A program made the translations under genes and the position numbers. Shown here piece after piece: positions 1 through 8,805 of a DNA stretch of 64,000 nucleotides. The notes under the pieces are model-generated. The model was not told the origin of the DNA, searched no databases, and was given only the letters and a program-made list of their open reading frames with translations. Origin of the DNA: Myxococcota bacterium (GTDB taxonomy: Bacteria > Myxococcota_A > UBA9160 > SZUA-336); NCBI GenBank assembly GCA_035498015.1, contig DATKAO010000141.1, positions 5,370 through 69,369 of the forward strand. Direction: 5' to 3'. Numbering within the stretch: the first letter of the stretch is position 1; every line of letters begins with the position of its first letter.

Positions 1-599
1 AAGCCCCACAGCGCCTGTTCGAAGCCCGCGGTCGCGATCTCGGCGTCGAACGGCCGGTCGCCGTGCAGCTGCGGCAACAAGTGGCGGGCGCGCACGATCG
101 GGCCCGCCACCAGGTGCACGAACAGCGCGACCGCGGTGGCGAAGCGCAGCAGGCTCGGCTCGGGCTCGATCTCGCCGCGGTACACGTCGAGCACGTAGCT
201 CATGCTCTGGAACGTGTAGAACGAGATTCCGACCGGCAGCAGGATCTGCAGCGTGACTTCGGGCACCTCGAAGCCCAGCCAATGCGCCAGTCCGCGCGCC
301 GAGGCCACCCCGAAGTGGAAGTACTTGAAGAAGGCGAGCAGGGCCAGGTTGGTGGTGAGCGAGACCGCCAGCAGCCGGCGCCGGCGCCGCGGGTCGGGCA
401 TGCGGTACACCGCGCGCCCCACGAAGAAGTCGAGCGCGGTCTGGAACCAGAGCAGGGGCAGGAGCCTCCAGTCCCACCAGGCGTAGAAGAAGTAGCTCGC
501 CAAAAGCGTGAGCCACAGGCGCACGACGCCCCGTGTCGCGAGATAGGCGACGAAGAAGGCGGGGAAGAAGACGAGGAAGGCGAGGCTATTGAACAGCAA
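1..599 (-). CDS. MBOAT-family membrane-bound O-acyltransferase (AlgI/DltB-like), N-terminal part only; the gene continues past the window start
   Basis: Reverse-strand translation from TTG at 599 reads MLLFNSLAFLVFFPAFFVAYL...PVGISFYTFQSMSYVLDVYRGEIEP..., a hydrophobic N-terminus with the FYTFQS-type MBOAT motif. There is no stop before the window edge, which is why it is absent from the ORF track. The listed + strand ORF 63..746 is its Arg/Glu-rich antisense artefact. Confidence 0.6.
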   Translation of the reverse strand, partial: MLFNSLAFLVFFPAFFVAYLATRGVVRLWLTLLASYFFYAWWDWRLLPLLWFQTALDFFVGRAVYRMPDPRRRRRLLAVSLTTNLALLAFFKYFHFGVASARGLAHWLGFEVPEVTLQILLPVGISFYTFQSMSYVLDVYRGEIEPEPSLLRFATAVALFVHLVAGPIVRARHLLPQLHGDRPFDAEIATAGFEQALWG

Positions 600-620
600 T
601 CACGGCCCCGCCTCGCGACC

Positions 621-1091
621 TCAGTTGTCCTGCTTCTTCAGCTTGATCTTGAGCTCGTGTGTGAGGGAGTCCGTGCCCATCACGCCCGTCAAGGTGATCG
701 ACGTGCCCTTGCCGTTGACCGAGCCCGAGAGCGCGAACGCCGGTGAGGTGTTCGCCAGGTTCAAGTGGAAGTTTCCCACGAATCCCGACAGAGCGTTCAC
801 CGTGGTGGTGGTCGACGACGAGGTCGGGAGCGGATCGTCATAGCTGAAGGTCACCGCCAGCGCGTCGTCCTCTGCGCCCTGGGCGATCACCACCGACAGC
901 TTGGTGCTGAATTTCTTCTTGGGCTTGAGCGAGCCCGCGACGGACTGGTCCCAGTACGACGACTTCAGGCTGCCGCGCCAGGTTCCGGCCAGGAACGGCA
1001 CACCCGTGGAGTCGGCGATCGTCAGTGATGGCACGGCCAACACGGAGGCCAGGGTCACGACACCAATCAACAGAGCCGCGATTTTGCGCAC
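621..1091 (-). CDS. hypothetical secreted protein (N-terminal signal peptide)
   Basis: Internal GTG at 1091 is preceded by GGGAGGAAG 7 nt upstream and gives (M)RKIAALLIGVVTLASVLAVPSLTIA.... The upstream part of ORF 621..1334 is Arg/Cys-rich and not protein-like. Confidence 0.5.
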   Translation of the reverse strand: MRKIAALLIGVVTLASVLAVPSLTIADSTGVPFLAGTWRGSLKSSYWDQSVAGSLKPKKKFSTKLSVVIAQGAEDDALAVTFSYDDPLPTSSSTTTTVNALSGFVGNFHLNLANTSPAFALSGSVNGKGTSITLTGVMGTDSLTHELKIKLKKQDN

Positions 1092-1191
1092 AGAGGTCTT
1101 CCTCCCACATTCCCCACAAGATCGCGAGGATAGCCCCGGACTTTCGCGTCGCCAGCATCCGCCAGCGCCACGTGGGATATCCTGCGCGCGG

Positions 1192-1659
1192 ATGCAGCTC
1201 GATCCCAAGGTCGCGTACTGGACCGGTGCGTTCGTGAACATGGTCGCGGCGCTGGCGATCGCTGCATTCGGCGCCAGCCGGATTCGCCGCGCCGAGATCC
1301 CGAGCCACGCGCGCTCGATGAAGATCGCAGTCACCCTGGTGGTGCTCTTCGTGGTGTCCTACGCGGTGAAGCTGCGCGTCTTGGGACGCGAGGCGCTCGA
1401 GCTGTGGGAGCCGCGCTTCGTGCACGTGCTGCGCTTCCACGAGACGTGCATCGCGGTGATGGTGCTGGCCGGCGGCACGGCGCTGTATCTCGCCACGACC
1501 CGGCGCCTGGCCGACACGCCCGCGCCCGAGCGCATGGCCGAGCGCGCCCGGATCGCGCGCATCCACCGTGCCTGCGGCTGGACGGCCCTGGTGGCGTGCG
1601 GTCTGGGCGCGCTGAGCGCGGGCTACGTGCTCTACGGCATGTACGCGCGCCTGTCCTAG
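1192..1659 (+). CDS. DUF420-like small integral membrane protein (4 predicted TM helices)
   Basis: ATG at 1192 inside ORF 901..1659 gives MQLDPKVAYWTGAFVNMVAALAIAAFGA... with four hydrophobic segments. The upstream part of the ORF is not protein-like. The stop shares a CTAG with the convergent gene. Confidence 0.5.
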   Translation: MQLDPKVAYWTGAFVNMVAALAIAAFGASRIRRAEIPSHARSMKIAVTLVVLFVVSYAVKLRVLGREALELWEPRFVHVLRFHETCIAVMVLAGGTALYLATTRRLADTPAPERMAERARIARIHRACGWTALVACGLGALSAGYVLYGMYARLS

Positions 1660-3146
1660 GCCGCGCTGCGCAGTATCTCGACCATCTCGCGGCGCGTCGG
1701 ACCTTGGGCCAGCGGCGGCTTGCTGTGGCGCTCGTTCCAGGCCTTCAGCACGGCCTGGAAGACTTCGGGCCGTTTCATCAGGTCCTGCGGTGCGTCGAGC
1801 AGGGTCAGGACGCGCATGAACGCGCGCAGCACCATCATGTTCTCGCGCAGCGCGTGACCGAGGCCCTCGCGCATGAGCGAGCGCATGAAGGCCTTCGGGT
1901 CCTGCGAGCCGTCGGGGCGCTCCAACTGGAAGGGATTGCCGCCCGCGCGCTGGATCGCGTCGACCTCGATCGCGTCGCGGTCCTGCTGGAGCTGGATCTC
2001 GTACCAGGGCACGATCTCGCGCTCCACGAGTGAGTCGAGCAGGAGCGAGAGAGCGCGCGGGTCATCGGGCTCCTTGCGCAGCGCCTCGGCCAGCAGGAAG
2101 GCAGACACCCAGCCGAGCGAGCAGCCGCGGCCGGCGATCGGGTTGGTGTGGATCAGCGCGTCGCCGAGCGCGACCACGCCGGTCGCCAGCGGCTGGCCGT
2201 CGCGCACGAGATAGCGCCGCGTGTTGCGCAGGCCGGCCATGCCGTGCACGTCGGAAATCGGGTCCGCGACCGCGGGGTCGATCCAGCCGCGCAGGATCGG
2301 CAGCGCGGCGGCGGAGCGGTCGAAGCCGTGCGGGCGCAAGAGACTGCGCAGCACGTCGTCGTCGGGCGAGGCCGCGAGCGTGACCGAGAAGATGCGCGCG
2401 TCGCCCGGGAAGATGCCGACCTTCATGTAGCCCAGGTCCTGGCCCATGCCGTTGGTGAGTGGCGGTGGCGAGGCGCCTTCGCGCAGCTTGTAGAAGCGCG
2501 AGCTGTAGAAGATGCCGCAGGGCTCGGAGTCCTCGCGCGGCCGCTCGGCGCCGATCGCCTCGAGCCAGTCGGCGAGCTTCGAGCGCCGGCCGGTGGCGTC
2601 GACCACCAGGTCGGCGCCCAACAGCTCCTGCTCGCCGTCGCCGCGGTTCACGTGCACGCCGATCACGTGCGGCGGCCCTCCGCGCGAGTCACTGGCTTTC
2701 GCCAGGCCGATCACGTCGTCGCCGTCGCGGAAGTCGACGCGGCCGGAGTCGATCACGTGGCGGCGCAGCACGTACTCGAAGGTGATGCGCCGGCAGGCCA
2801 GCAGCACGATGTTCTCGTCGCCGGGCTCGGCCACCGCGTCGGGAATGGTGCGCCGCGCCATCTGCATGAGCGGCAGCTCCTCGGCGCCGCAGGCCACCAG
2901 CTTGTCGAGCAGGTCGGGCGCGTGGTCGCGGATGAGACAGTAGAGCCGCGCCAGCAGCGCGTGCGAGTGGCGCACCTGCGGCGAGCCGCGCCGGTCCCAG
3001 CGCTCGAAGGCCTCGACGTGCGACGCGGGCATGGGCGTGGCGTCGCGCTCGAGCACGGTGACGCGATGCCCCTCGTTCGAGAGCGCGAGGGCCGCACCCA
3101 GGCCCGTGACCGAGCCGCCGACCACGACGATGTGTTTCGGAGTCAC
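1656..3146 (-). CDS. FAD-dependent oxidoreductase (monooxygenase/halogenase-like Rossmann protein)
   Basis: N-terminus HIVVVGGSVTGLGAALALSNEGHRVTVLER is a βαβ FAD-binding motif. The start is GTG (GTGACTCCG). It is the last gene of the TetR–LLM–FAD operon. Confidence 0.7.
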   Translation of the reverse strand: MTPKHIVVVGGSVTGLGAALALSNEGHRVTVLERDATPMPASHVEAFERWDRRGSPQVRHSHALLARLYCLIRDHAPDLLDKLVACGAEELPLMQMARRTIPDAVAEPGDENIVLLACRRITFEYVLRRHVIDSGRVDFRDGDDVIGLAKASDSRGGPPHVIGVHVNRGDGEQELLGADLVVDATGRRSKLADWLEAIGAERPREDSEPCGIFYSSRFYKLREGASPPPLTNGMGQDLGYMKVGIFPGDARIFSVTLAASPDDDVLRSLLRPHGFDRSAAALPILRGWIDPAVADPISDVHGMAGLRNTRRYLVRDGQPLATGVVALGDALIHTNPIAGRGCSLGWVSAFLLAEALRKEPDDPRALSLLLDSLVEREIVPWYEIQLQQDRDAIEVDAIQRAGGNPFQLERPDGSQDPKAFMRSLMREGLGHALRENMMVLRAFMRVLTLLDAPQDLMKRPEVFQAVLKAWNERHSKPPLAQGPTRREMVEILRSAA

Positions 3147-3155
3147 GGCGCTCGC

Positions 3156-4328
3156 TCAGCTCTGCGTCTTCGCGCTCTGCTCGGCGGCGTGCTTCTGGAT
3201 TTCCTTCATCACCGCGCCGCCCGCCTCGGCCATGATGCGCGAGCGGTTCTCGATCGCGTAGTTCAGGCTCTTCTCGCGCAGGTCGTTGGTCTGCTGGAAG
3301 CGGGGCATCACGTGGCGCGCGATCAGCTCGTAGCTCTTGTGAGTCGCCTTCTGGTTCGCCCACTCGTGCGCGAGCTGCAGGAAGCAGCCGTAGCCGCCCG
3401 ACTGCTTCTCGAGTCTCTCGAGCTGCGCGATCGCGTCTTCCGGCGTGCCGATCACCGCCATGCCGATCTCGATCAGCCTGTCGATCGCCTGGTCGACGGG
3501 CACGCCCGCGTCGACCAGCGGCAGGGGCGAGATCTCGCGGAAGTAGCGGGCCCAGTTCAACAGGCCGAACTTCACGTCCTCGCGCGCCTGTTCGCGCGTC
3601 TCGGCCACGTGCATGGGCGCGACCAGGCGCCAGCCGCGGCGCGAGACGGTCTTGCCGAACTGCCGCGCGCGCTCCTCGCAGATGCCCCAGGTGTTGGCGA
3701 GCGCGTTGAAGCCGCCGGTGGTCGTGGCGCCGATCGACAAGAGCGACAGGCCGAACTCACCCGCGGCGCGCGCGCCCGCGGGAGACACCTGGTTCGCGAC
3801 CGCGATCTCGACGCCTTCCTCGGCGTAGGAGCGGAGCTGCAGGTGCGCTTCGCGCAGCTCGAACCACTCGGTCTTCATGCTGACCGTCTCGCCGTTGAGC
3901 AGCGGCACGAGCGCGCGCAGTGACTCGAGCATGCGGTCCCGCTGGGTCGAGGGGTCGATACCCATCATGAACGCGTCGGTCGGCAGCGCGCCGGGCCCGA
4001 CGCCGAACATGGTGCGGCCGCGCGTCTGCAGGTCGAGCTGGCGGATGCGGTCGGCCAGGATGAACGGGTGGTGGTAGGGCAGCGAGGCCACGCCCGTGCC
4101 GAGCTTGATGCGCCGCGTGCGCTCGGCGGCCGCGGCGATGAACACCTCGGGCGAGCCGATGATCTCGTAGCCGGCCGAATGGTGCTCGCCGATCCAGGCC
4201 TCGTCGTAGCCGAGCGAGTCCAGGTGCTCGACCAGCTCGAGGTCGCGCGCCAGCGCGAGCGCAGGGTTCTCGTGCTCGGGGTGGAACGGAGCCATGAAGA
4301 TGCCGAAGCGCAGTCGCGATTGAGTCAC
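3156..4328 (-). CDS. LLM-class (luciferase-like) flavin-dependent oxidoreductase
   Basis: (M)TQSRLRFGIFMAPFHPEHE...EAWIGEHH... is a luciferase-like monooxygenase signature. AGGAG lies 7 nt upstream of GTG 4328. The GTG overlaps the TetR stop (GTGA). The ORF-track N-terminal extension to 4733 is Arg-rich. Confidence 0.7.
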   Translation of the reverse strand: MTQSRLRFGIFMAPFHPEHENPALALARDLELVEHLDSLGYDEAWIGEHHSAGYEIIGSPEVFIAAAAERTRRIKLGTGVASLPYHHPFILADRIRQLDLQTRGRTMFGVGPGALPTDAFMMGIDPSTQRDRMLESLRALVPLLNGETVSMKTEWFELREAHLQLRSYAEEGVEIAVANQVSPAGARAAGEFGLSLLSIGATTTGGFNALANTWGICEERARQFGKTVSRRGWRLVAPMHVAETREQAREDVKFGLLNWARYFREISPLPLVDAGVPVDQAIDRLIEIGMAVIGTPEDAIAQLERLEKQSGGYGCFLQLAHEWANQKATHKSYELIARHVMPRFQQTNDLREKSLNYAIENRSRIMAEAGGAVMKEIQKHAAEQSAKTQS

Positions 4329-4939
4329 TTTCGATCTCCTGTGAGTCCGTGGAATACGACTTCGAAGAACTGGGCGCGCGCCTTCTCGGGAGTCACCTGG
4401 CCTTCCTGCCACACGCTGCCGGAGAGGATCGCCGCGGCGGTCGACATCACGACCGCCACGCACAGCCGCGGGTCGATGCCGCGCCGCAGCTCGCCGCGCT
4501 TCTGGCCCCGGCGCACCAGCTCCTCGAACAGGGCGTGCAGGTGGCGCTGCTCGGGCGGCGAGGTCGAGGCCTGCGGCGTGGCGAAGAACTCGCGCAAGAG
4601 CGCGGTCATGACGTCGGCCTGCGAGATCAGCCGCTCGGAGATGTGCTCGACCAGCGCGCGGATCTCGCTGACCGCGCTCTTGCGCGGCTCGTGCAGCCCG
4701 GCGCGGAAGTCGTCGGCGACCTGGCGGTTCCACTCCCAGAGCAGCGCCGACTTCGCGGGGAAGTGCAGGAAGAACGTGGCGCGCGCCACGTCGGCGGCGG
4801 CGCAGATCTGCTCCAGCGTGACGGCGTGGAAGCCGCGCCGGCCGAACAGCTCCATCGCCGCGGCGAAGATCTCCTGGCGCGTGCGCTCCTTCTTGCGCGC
4901 GCGGCGGGTCACCAGCGGGGCGGTGGCGGGGGCCGTCAC
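4325..4939 (-). CDS. TetR/AcrR-family transcriptional regulator
   Basis: N-terminal helix-turn-helix RQEIFAAAMELFGRRGFHAVTLEQICAAADVARATFFLHFPAKSALL. Its stop overlaps the start of the downstream LLM gene. Confidence 0.75.
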   Translation of the reverse strand: MTAPATAPLVTRRARKKERTRQEIFAAAMELFGRRGFHAVTLEQICAAADVARATFFLHFPAKSALLWEWNRQVADDFRAGLHEPRKSAVSEIRALVEHISERLISQADVMTALLREFFATPQASTSPPEQRHLHALFEELVRRGQKRGELRRGIDPRLCVAVVMSTAAAILSGSVWQEGQVTPEKARAQFFEVVFHGLTGDRK

Positions 4940-4963
4940 GAGCTGAATCCTATTCCATAACTA

Positions 4964-4973
4964 GACTCGAGTC
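4964..4973. promoter_or_regulatory. perfect 10-bp palindrome GACTCGAGTC in the TetR/ADH divergent intergenic region; candidate TetR operator
   Basis: Lies in the 76-bp, locally AT-richer spacer between the divergently transcribed TetR gene (start 4939) and ADH gene (start 5016). Confidence 0.3.
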
Positions 4974-5015
4974 CATTCGTGGTTCATGATGCATCCTCCC
5001 CAGGGAGGAGCCGTC

Positions 5016-6035
5016 ATGCACGCCGCCGTCTTCCACGGCATCGGAAAGCCACTCACGATCGAGGAACGCCCGGACCCCAAGCCCGGACCGGGCGAGCTGG
5101 TGCTGCGGGTGAAGAGCTGCGGGATCTGCGGCTCCGACCTGCACGCCGCTTCGCTTCCGCCGGGGCTCCCGGCCGGCACGGTCATGGGCCACGAGTTCTC
5201 CGGTGAGGTGGTCGAGGTCGGCTCCGAGCTGCGCGGGCTGTGGAAGCCTGGCGACCGCGCGTGCGCGCTGCCCTGCATCGGCTGCGGCAAGTGCCGCGCC
5301 TGCCTCGACGGCGACGTCGTCGCGTGCCCGGCGCTGCGCGCGACCGGTCTGGGTCAGATCCCGGGCGCCTACTCCGAGTACGTGCTCACGGGCGGGCCCG
5401 AGTCACTCAAGCTCCCGGCCGGCGTCTCCTTCCGCGAGGGCGCGCTGGTCGAGCCGCTGGCCGTCGGCCTGCACGCGGTGAACCTGTCGAAGCTCGTGCC
5501 GGGCGAGCGCGTGATGGTGATCGGCGCGGGGCCGATCGGCCTGGCCGTGACCGCCTGGGCGCGCTTCTTCGGCGCGCGCGCCGTGGTGGTGAACGAGAAG
5601 GCGCCCGGGCGGATCGCGCTGGCGGAGCGCTTCGGCGCGACGGCGGTGGCCGACGTCTCGAAGGAGGACCCGGTCAGCGTGTTCCAGCGCGAGACCGGCG
5701 GCCCGCCCGACGTCGTCTTCGAGTGTGTCGGCATCCCCGGTCTCCTGCAGCAGTGCATCGGCATGACGCGCTCGCGCGGGCGCGTGGTGGTGGTGGGGGT
5801 GTGCATGCAGCCCGACATGATCTTCCCGGCGATGGCGGTGATCAAAGAGGTCGAGGTCAAGTTCGTGGTCGCCTACCACCGCCGTGACTTCGAGCTCGCG
5901 ATCGAGATGCTCGATCGCGGGCGCATCGTGGCGCACGACATGATCACCGACGTGGTCGGCCTCGACGCGTTCCCCAGCGCCTTCGAGGCGCTGAAGATGC
6001 CCACCCACCAGTGCAAGGTGATCCTCGAGCCATGA
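5016..6035 (+). CDS. zinc-dependent alcohol dehydrogenase (MDR family)
   Basis: GHEFSGEVVEVG catalytic-zinc motif, structural-zinc cysteines (CIGCGKCRAC), GAGPIGL NAD(P) Rossmann motif. GGAGGA lies 6 nt upstream of ATG 5016. Confidence 0.8.
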   Translation: MHAAVFHGIGKPLTIEERPDPKPGPGELVLRVKSCGICGSDLHAASLPPGLPAGTVMGHEFSGEVVEVGSELRGLWKPGDRACALPCIGCGKCRACLDGDVVACPALRATGLGQIPGAYSEYVLTGGPESLKLPAGVSFREGALVEPLAVGLHAVNLSKLVPGERVMVIGAGPIGLAVTAWARFFGARAVVVNEKAPGRIALAERFGATAVADVSKEDPVSVFQRETGGPPDVVFECVGIPGLLQQCIGMTRSRGRVVVVGVCMQPDMIFPAMAVIKEVEVKFVVAYHRRDFELAIEMLDRGRIVAHDMITDVVGLDAFPSAFEALKMPTHQCKVILEP

Positions 6036-6970
6036 CCGACTTCCCGCAGCCGCGCTTCGTGCGCGCCAACGGCGTCCGCCTCGCGGTCTACGAGCAGGGC
6101 CGCGGCTTCCCCGTGGTGTTATCGCACGGCTTCCCGGAGCTCGCGTACTCGTGGCGCCACCAGCTGCCGGCGCTCGCCGCCGCCGGCTTCCGCGCGATCG
6201 CGCTCGACCAGCGCGGCTACGGCGCGAGTGACTCGCCGGAGGCGGTCGAGGCCTACGACATCGCGCAGCTCACCGGCGACCTCGCCGGGCTGCTCGACGC
6301 ACTCGACCTCGAGCGCGCGGTGTTCTGCGGCCACGACTGGGGCGGTATGGTGATCTGGACCATGGGCCAGCTGCACCCCTTGCGCGTCGCGGGGCTGATC
6401 GGCGTGAACACGCCCTTCCTGCCGCGGCCGCCGGTCCCGCCCCTGCAGATGCTCGAGCAGACCATGGGCCCCGACCACTACATCGTGCAATTCCAGAAGC
6501 GCGGCGACGCCGACGCGCGGCTCGCGAAGGACGTGCGCCGTGTGTTCGACGTGCTCATGCGCTGCGGCATCAAGCTCGGCGACCTGGATCTCACCGGCGG
6601 CATCCGCAACCTCGCGGCCGTGGTGGAAGAGGGCGTGGTGCGCGGCCGCCCGCTGCTCACGGACGCCGAGCGCGACGTGTTCGTGCGCGCGTTCGAGCGC
6701 ACGGGCTTCAGCGGCGGAATCAACTGGTACCGCAACATCGACCGCAACTGGCGACTCACCGAGCACGCGCCGCAGACACTCGACTGCCCCGCGCTCATGG
6801 TCACGGCCGAGGACGACTTCGCGCTCCCGCCGGCGCTCGCCGAGGGCATGGAAGCGCGCGTGCCCAGGGTCGAGAAGGTGATGATCCGCGACTGCGGTCA
6901 CTGGACGCAGCAGGAGCACCCCGCCGAGCTCAACCGGATCCTCGTCGACTGGCTGCGCCGGACTTACTGA
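6032..6970 (+). CDS. alpha/beta hydrolase, epoxide-hydrolase-like
   Basis: HGFPELAYSWRHQ (HGxP oxyanion region) and GHDWGG nucleophile elbow. ATG 6032 overlaps the ADH stop (ATGA). Confidence 0.75.
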   Translation: MTDFPQPRFVRANGVRLAVYEQGRGFPVVLSHGFPELAYSWRHQLPALAAAGFRAIALDQRGYGASDSPEAVEAYDIAQLTGDLAGLLDALDLERAVFCGHDWGGMVIWTMGQLHPLRVAGLIGVNTPFLPRPPVPPLQMLEQTMGPDHYIVQFQKRGDADARLAKDVRRVFDVLMRCGIKLGDLDLTGGIRNLAAVVEEGVVRGRPLLTDAERDVFVRAFERTGFSGGINWYRNIDRNWRLTEHAPQTLDCPALMVTAEDDFALPPALAEGMEARVPRVEKVMIRDCGHWTQQEHPAELNRILVDWLRRTY

Positions 6971-6996
6971 CGTTCGTCCGCCTGCGGCTCAGGCCG
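6967..6996. repeat. copy A of a roughly 30-nt intergenic repeat (CTGACG..TTCG..CGCCTGCGGCTC..GGCCG) at a convergent gene junction
   Basis: Near-identical to the copy at 27387..27420. Both begin at the TGA stop of a + strand gene and abut the stop of a − strand gene. Contains the short hairpin GCCTG-CGGCT-CAGGC. Confidence 0.35.
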
Positions 6997-7585
6997 TGCG
7001 GACGGACTGCGGCAGGATCGCCAGCGCGGCGCGCGTCACGGAGTCGACGAACTGCTTCGAGTCCGCGGGATCCGAGCACAGCCACATCTCGACGTGACCG
7101 TGCACGGTCATGATCAGCGCGCGCGAGATCGCGCGCGCCTCCTCGGCGCCGAAGTACTTGTCGAGCGCGCGCGTCGGCCGTTCGAGCACTTCCTCGAGTG
7201 ACTTGCGCATCAGCTCCGCGACCTGCGCGTCGCGCATGCTGAGCCCGATCAGCTCGTGGATGCAGCCCAGGAGCGTGCGGCGTTCCGGCGCGAAGATCGC
7301 CGCAATGGCGGCCTCCGTGCGCGAACGCGGCGAGGGGCCCTTTTCCGCCGGCTCGACGATCTCCCGGTACAGCCCGAGCGCGAGCTGCGCGACTTCGTGC
7401 AGCAAGTGCTCTCGCGACCCGAAGTGATACAGCACCGCGGGCTTGCTCGTGTTGGCCTCTTTCGCGACCGCCGCCAGCGACGCGCCACTCAGCCCCTCGC
7501 GACCGATCACGCGCACCGCTGCCTGGAGGATCGCCTCCCGAGAAGCCGCGCCGCGGCGAGAGGTCCCAGCGACTCCCTGCTTCAT
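6989..7585 (-). CDS. TetR-family transcriptional regulator
   Basis: HTH REAILQAAVRVIGREGLSGASLAAVAKEANTSKPAVLYHFGSRE. GGAGGA lies 8 nt upstream of ATG 7585. Confidence 0.7.
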   Translation of the reverse strand: MKQGVAGTSRRGAASREAILQAAVRVIGREGLSGASLAAVAKEANTSKPAVLYHFGSREHLLHEVAQLALGLYREIVEPAEKGPSPRSRTEAAIAAIFAPERRTLLGCIHELIGLSMRDAQVAELMRKSLEEVLERPTRALDKYFGAEEARAISRALIMTVHGHVEMWLCSDPADSKQFVDSVTRAALAILPQSVRTA

Positions 7586-7668
7586 CGCTCGATCCTCCAG
7601 AATCATTGCCACCCCGGCATCATACTCCCCCGCGCGAAACGAAGTGAAAGGGGGGTGCCGAACGGGTG

Positions 7669-7995
7669 TCAGACCGGAGGATCGATCTCCCCGGCGCGAC
7701 TCAGCTCGGCCTCGACCGCGCCCGCGATCTCTTCCAGCTGCTCGAGCGTCAGCGCGCGGCGCAGACGGGCCACCAGCGCGCTGAACGCTTGGGCGTCTTC
7801 CGTGAACGCCGAGTCAGTCACTCGGGTCTCGGTCTTGGGCGACTCGAGCATGGGCACGATGCGGATCACGTCGCCGTGGAGCTCGATGATGGCCGGCAGG
7901 GCCCGGCCGGTGGAGGGGTCTGCGACCTCGATCTCGCCGCGCCGGAGCAGCCGGCGCAGGTAGCCGGCCTGCTGTCGCGGGGTGGGGGTGGACAT
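7669..7995 (-). CDS. hypothetical protein (108 aa)
   Basis: ATG 7995 gives MSTPTPRQQAGYLRRLLRRGEIEVADPSTG..., non-repetitive in composition. The upstream ORF extension to 8739 is Arg/Gly-rich junk overlapping dedA. No convincing RBS. Resemblance to PilZ RxxxR/DxSxxG motifs is weak. Confidence 0.35.
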   Translation of the reverse strand: MSTPTPRQQAGYLRRLLRRGEIEVADPSTGRALPAIIELHGDVIRIVPMLESPKTETRVTDSAFTEDAQAFSALVARLRRALTLEQLEEIAGAVEAELSRAGEIDPPV

Positions 7996-8120
7996 CGCCG
8001 CAGGCCGGGTGCAAGCGACAGGCCAGTCACGCCGCGCGCGCCGCTGCCGCGCGGCGGTTCCCGACCGGCAACTCGTGCGCAACTCGGGGAAGCTCGCTTC
8101 CCTCGCAGTGGAAGCGCGAG

Positions 8121-8768
8121 TCAGCCCGGCTCGCCCGTGGCCTGCGCGAGCGCGCGCCGTGCCGCGCGCGCGACCAGGAACACCACCCCCGCCGTGACGG
8201 GCAGCCCGACCGCCAGCCGCCAGCCCCAGCCCGCCGTGGCCACGGCCGAGCCGAGATACACGTAGACGAACGTCCAGGGCAGCATGCCCGCGCACGCGAA
8301 CGCGTAGTCGAGGAAGCGCACGCGCGTGAGCCCGAGCAGGTAGTTCCCGGCCGCGAACGGGAACAGCGGCGAGAGCCGGAGCAGGAAGACGATCCAGAAG
8401 CCCTGCTCGCCGATCGCGCGATCGACCGCGCGGAAGCGCGGGTCGCCGGCCAGCCGGCGCTCGACCCAGCCGCGCAGGAAGGTGCGCGCCAGCAGGAACG
8501 CCGCGCATGCGGCGAGGCTCGCGCCCACGAACACGTACACCGTGCCGGCCGCGAGCCCGAAGACCGCGCCCGCGCTGAGCGTGAGCACGACGCCGGGCAC
8601 CAGGGCCAGCGCCGCCGCCACGTAGCCCGCGATGAACACGACCGGTCCCCAGGGCCCGAGCGTGGCGACCCAGCCCGACAGATCGTTGATCGCGCGCGCG
8701 ATCTCGGCGTGGTACCAGACCGCAGCGGCGACGAGACACAGCGGGATGAGAATGCGCAGGACCGACAT
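8121..8768 (-). CDS. DedA/TVP38-family membrane protein
   Basis: MSVLRILIPLCLVAAAVWYH...GFWIVFLLRLSPLFPFAAGNYLLGLT matches the DedA core. The ORF-track upstream extension is low complexity. Confidence 0.65.
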   Translation of the reverse strand: MSVLRILIPLCLVAAAVWYHAEIARAINDLSGWVATLGPWGPVVFIAGYVAAALALVPGVVLTLSAGAVFGLAAGTVYVFVGASLAACAAFLLARTFLRGWVERRLAGDPRFRAVDRAIGEQGFWIVFLLRLSPLFPFAAGNYLLGLTRVRFLDYAFACAGMLPWTFVYVYLGSAVATAGWGWRLAVGLPVTAGVVFLVARAARRALAQATGEPG

Positions 8769-8805
8769 CGGGAGAGATCCTCTCACAGGGTGATAGGATG
8801 CGCGC

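Noticed and set aside
63-746. 227-aa + strand ORF at the window start
   Set aside because: Arg/Glu/Gln-rich with no RBS; it is the antisense of the well-conserved MBOAT acyltransferase N-terminus on the − strand.
2148-3923. 591-aa + strand ORF
   Set aside because: Runs antisense across two conserved − strand genes (FAD oxidoreductase, LLM oxidoreductase). Arg/Ala-rich, a typical high-GC artefact.
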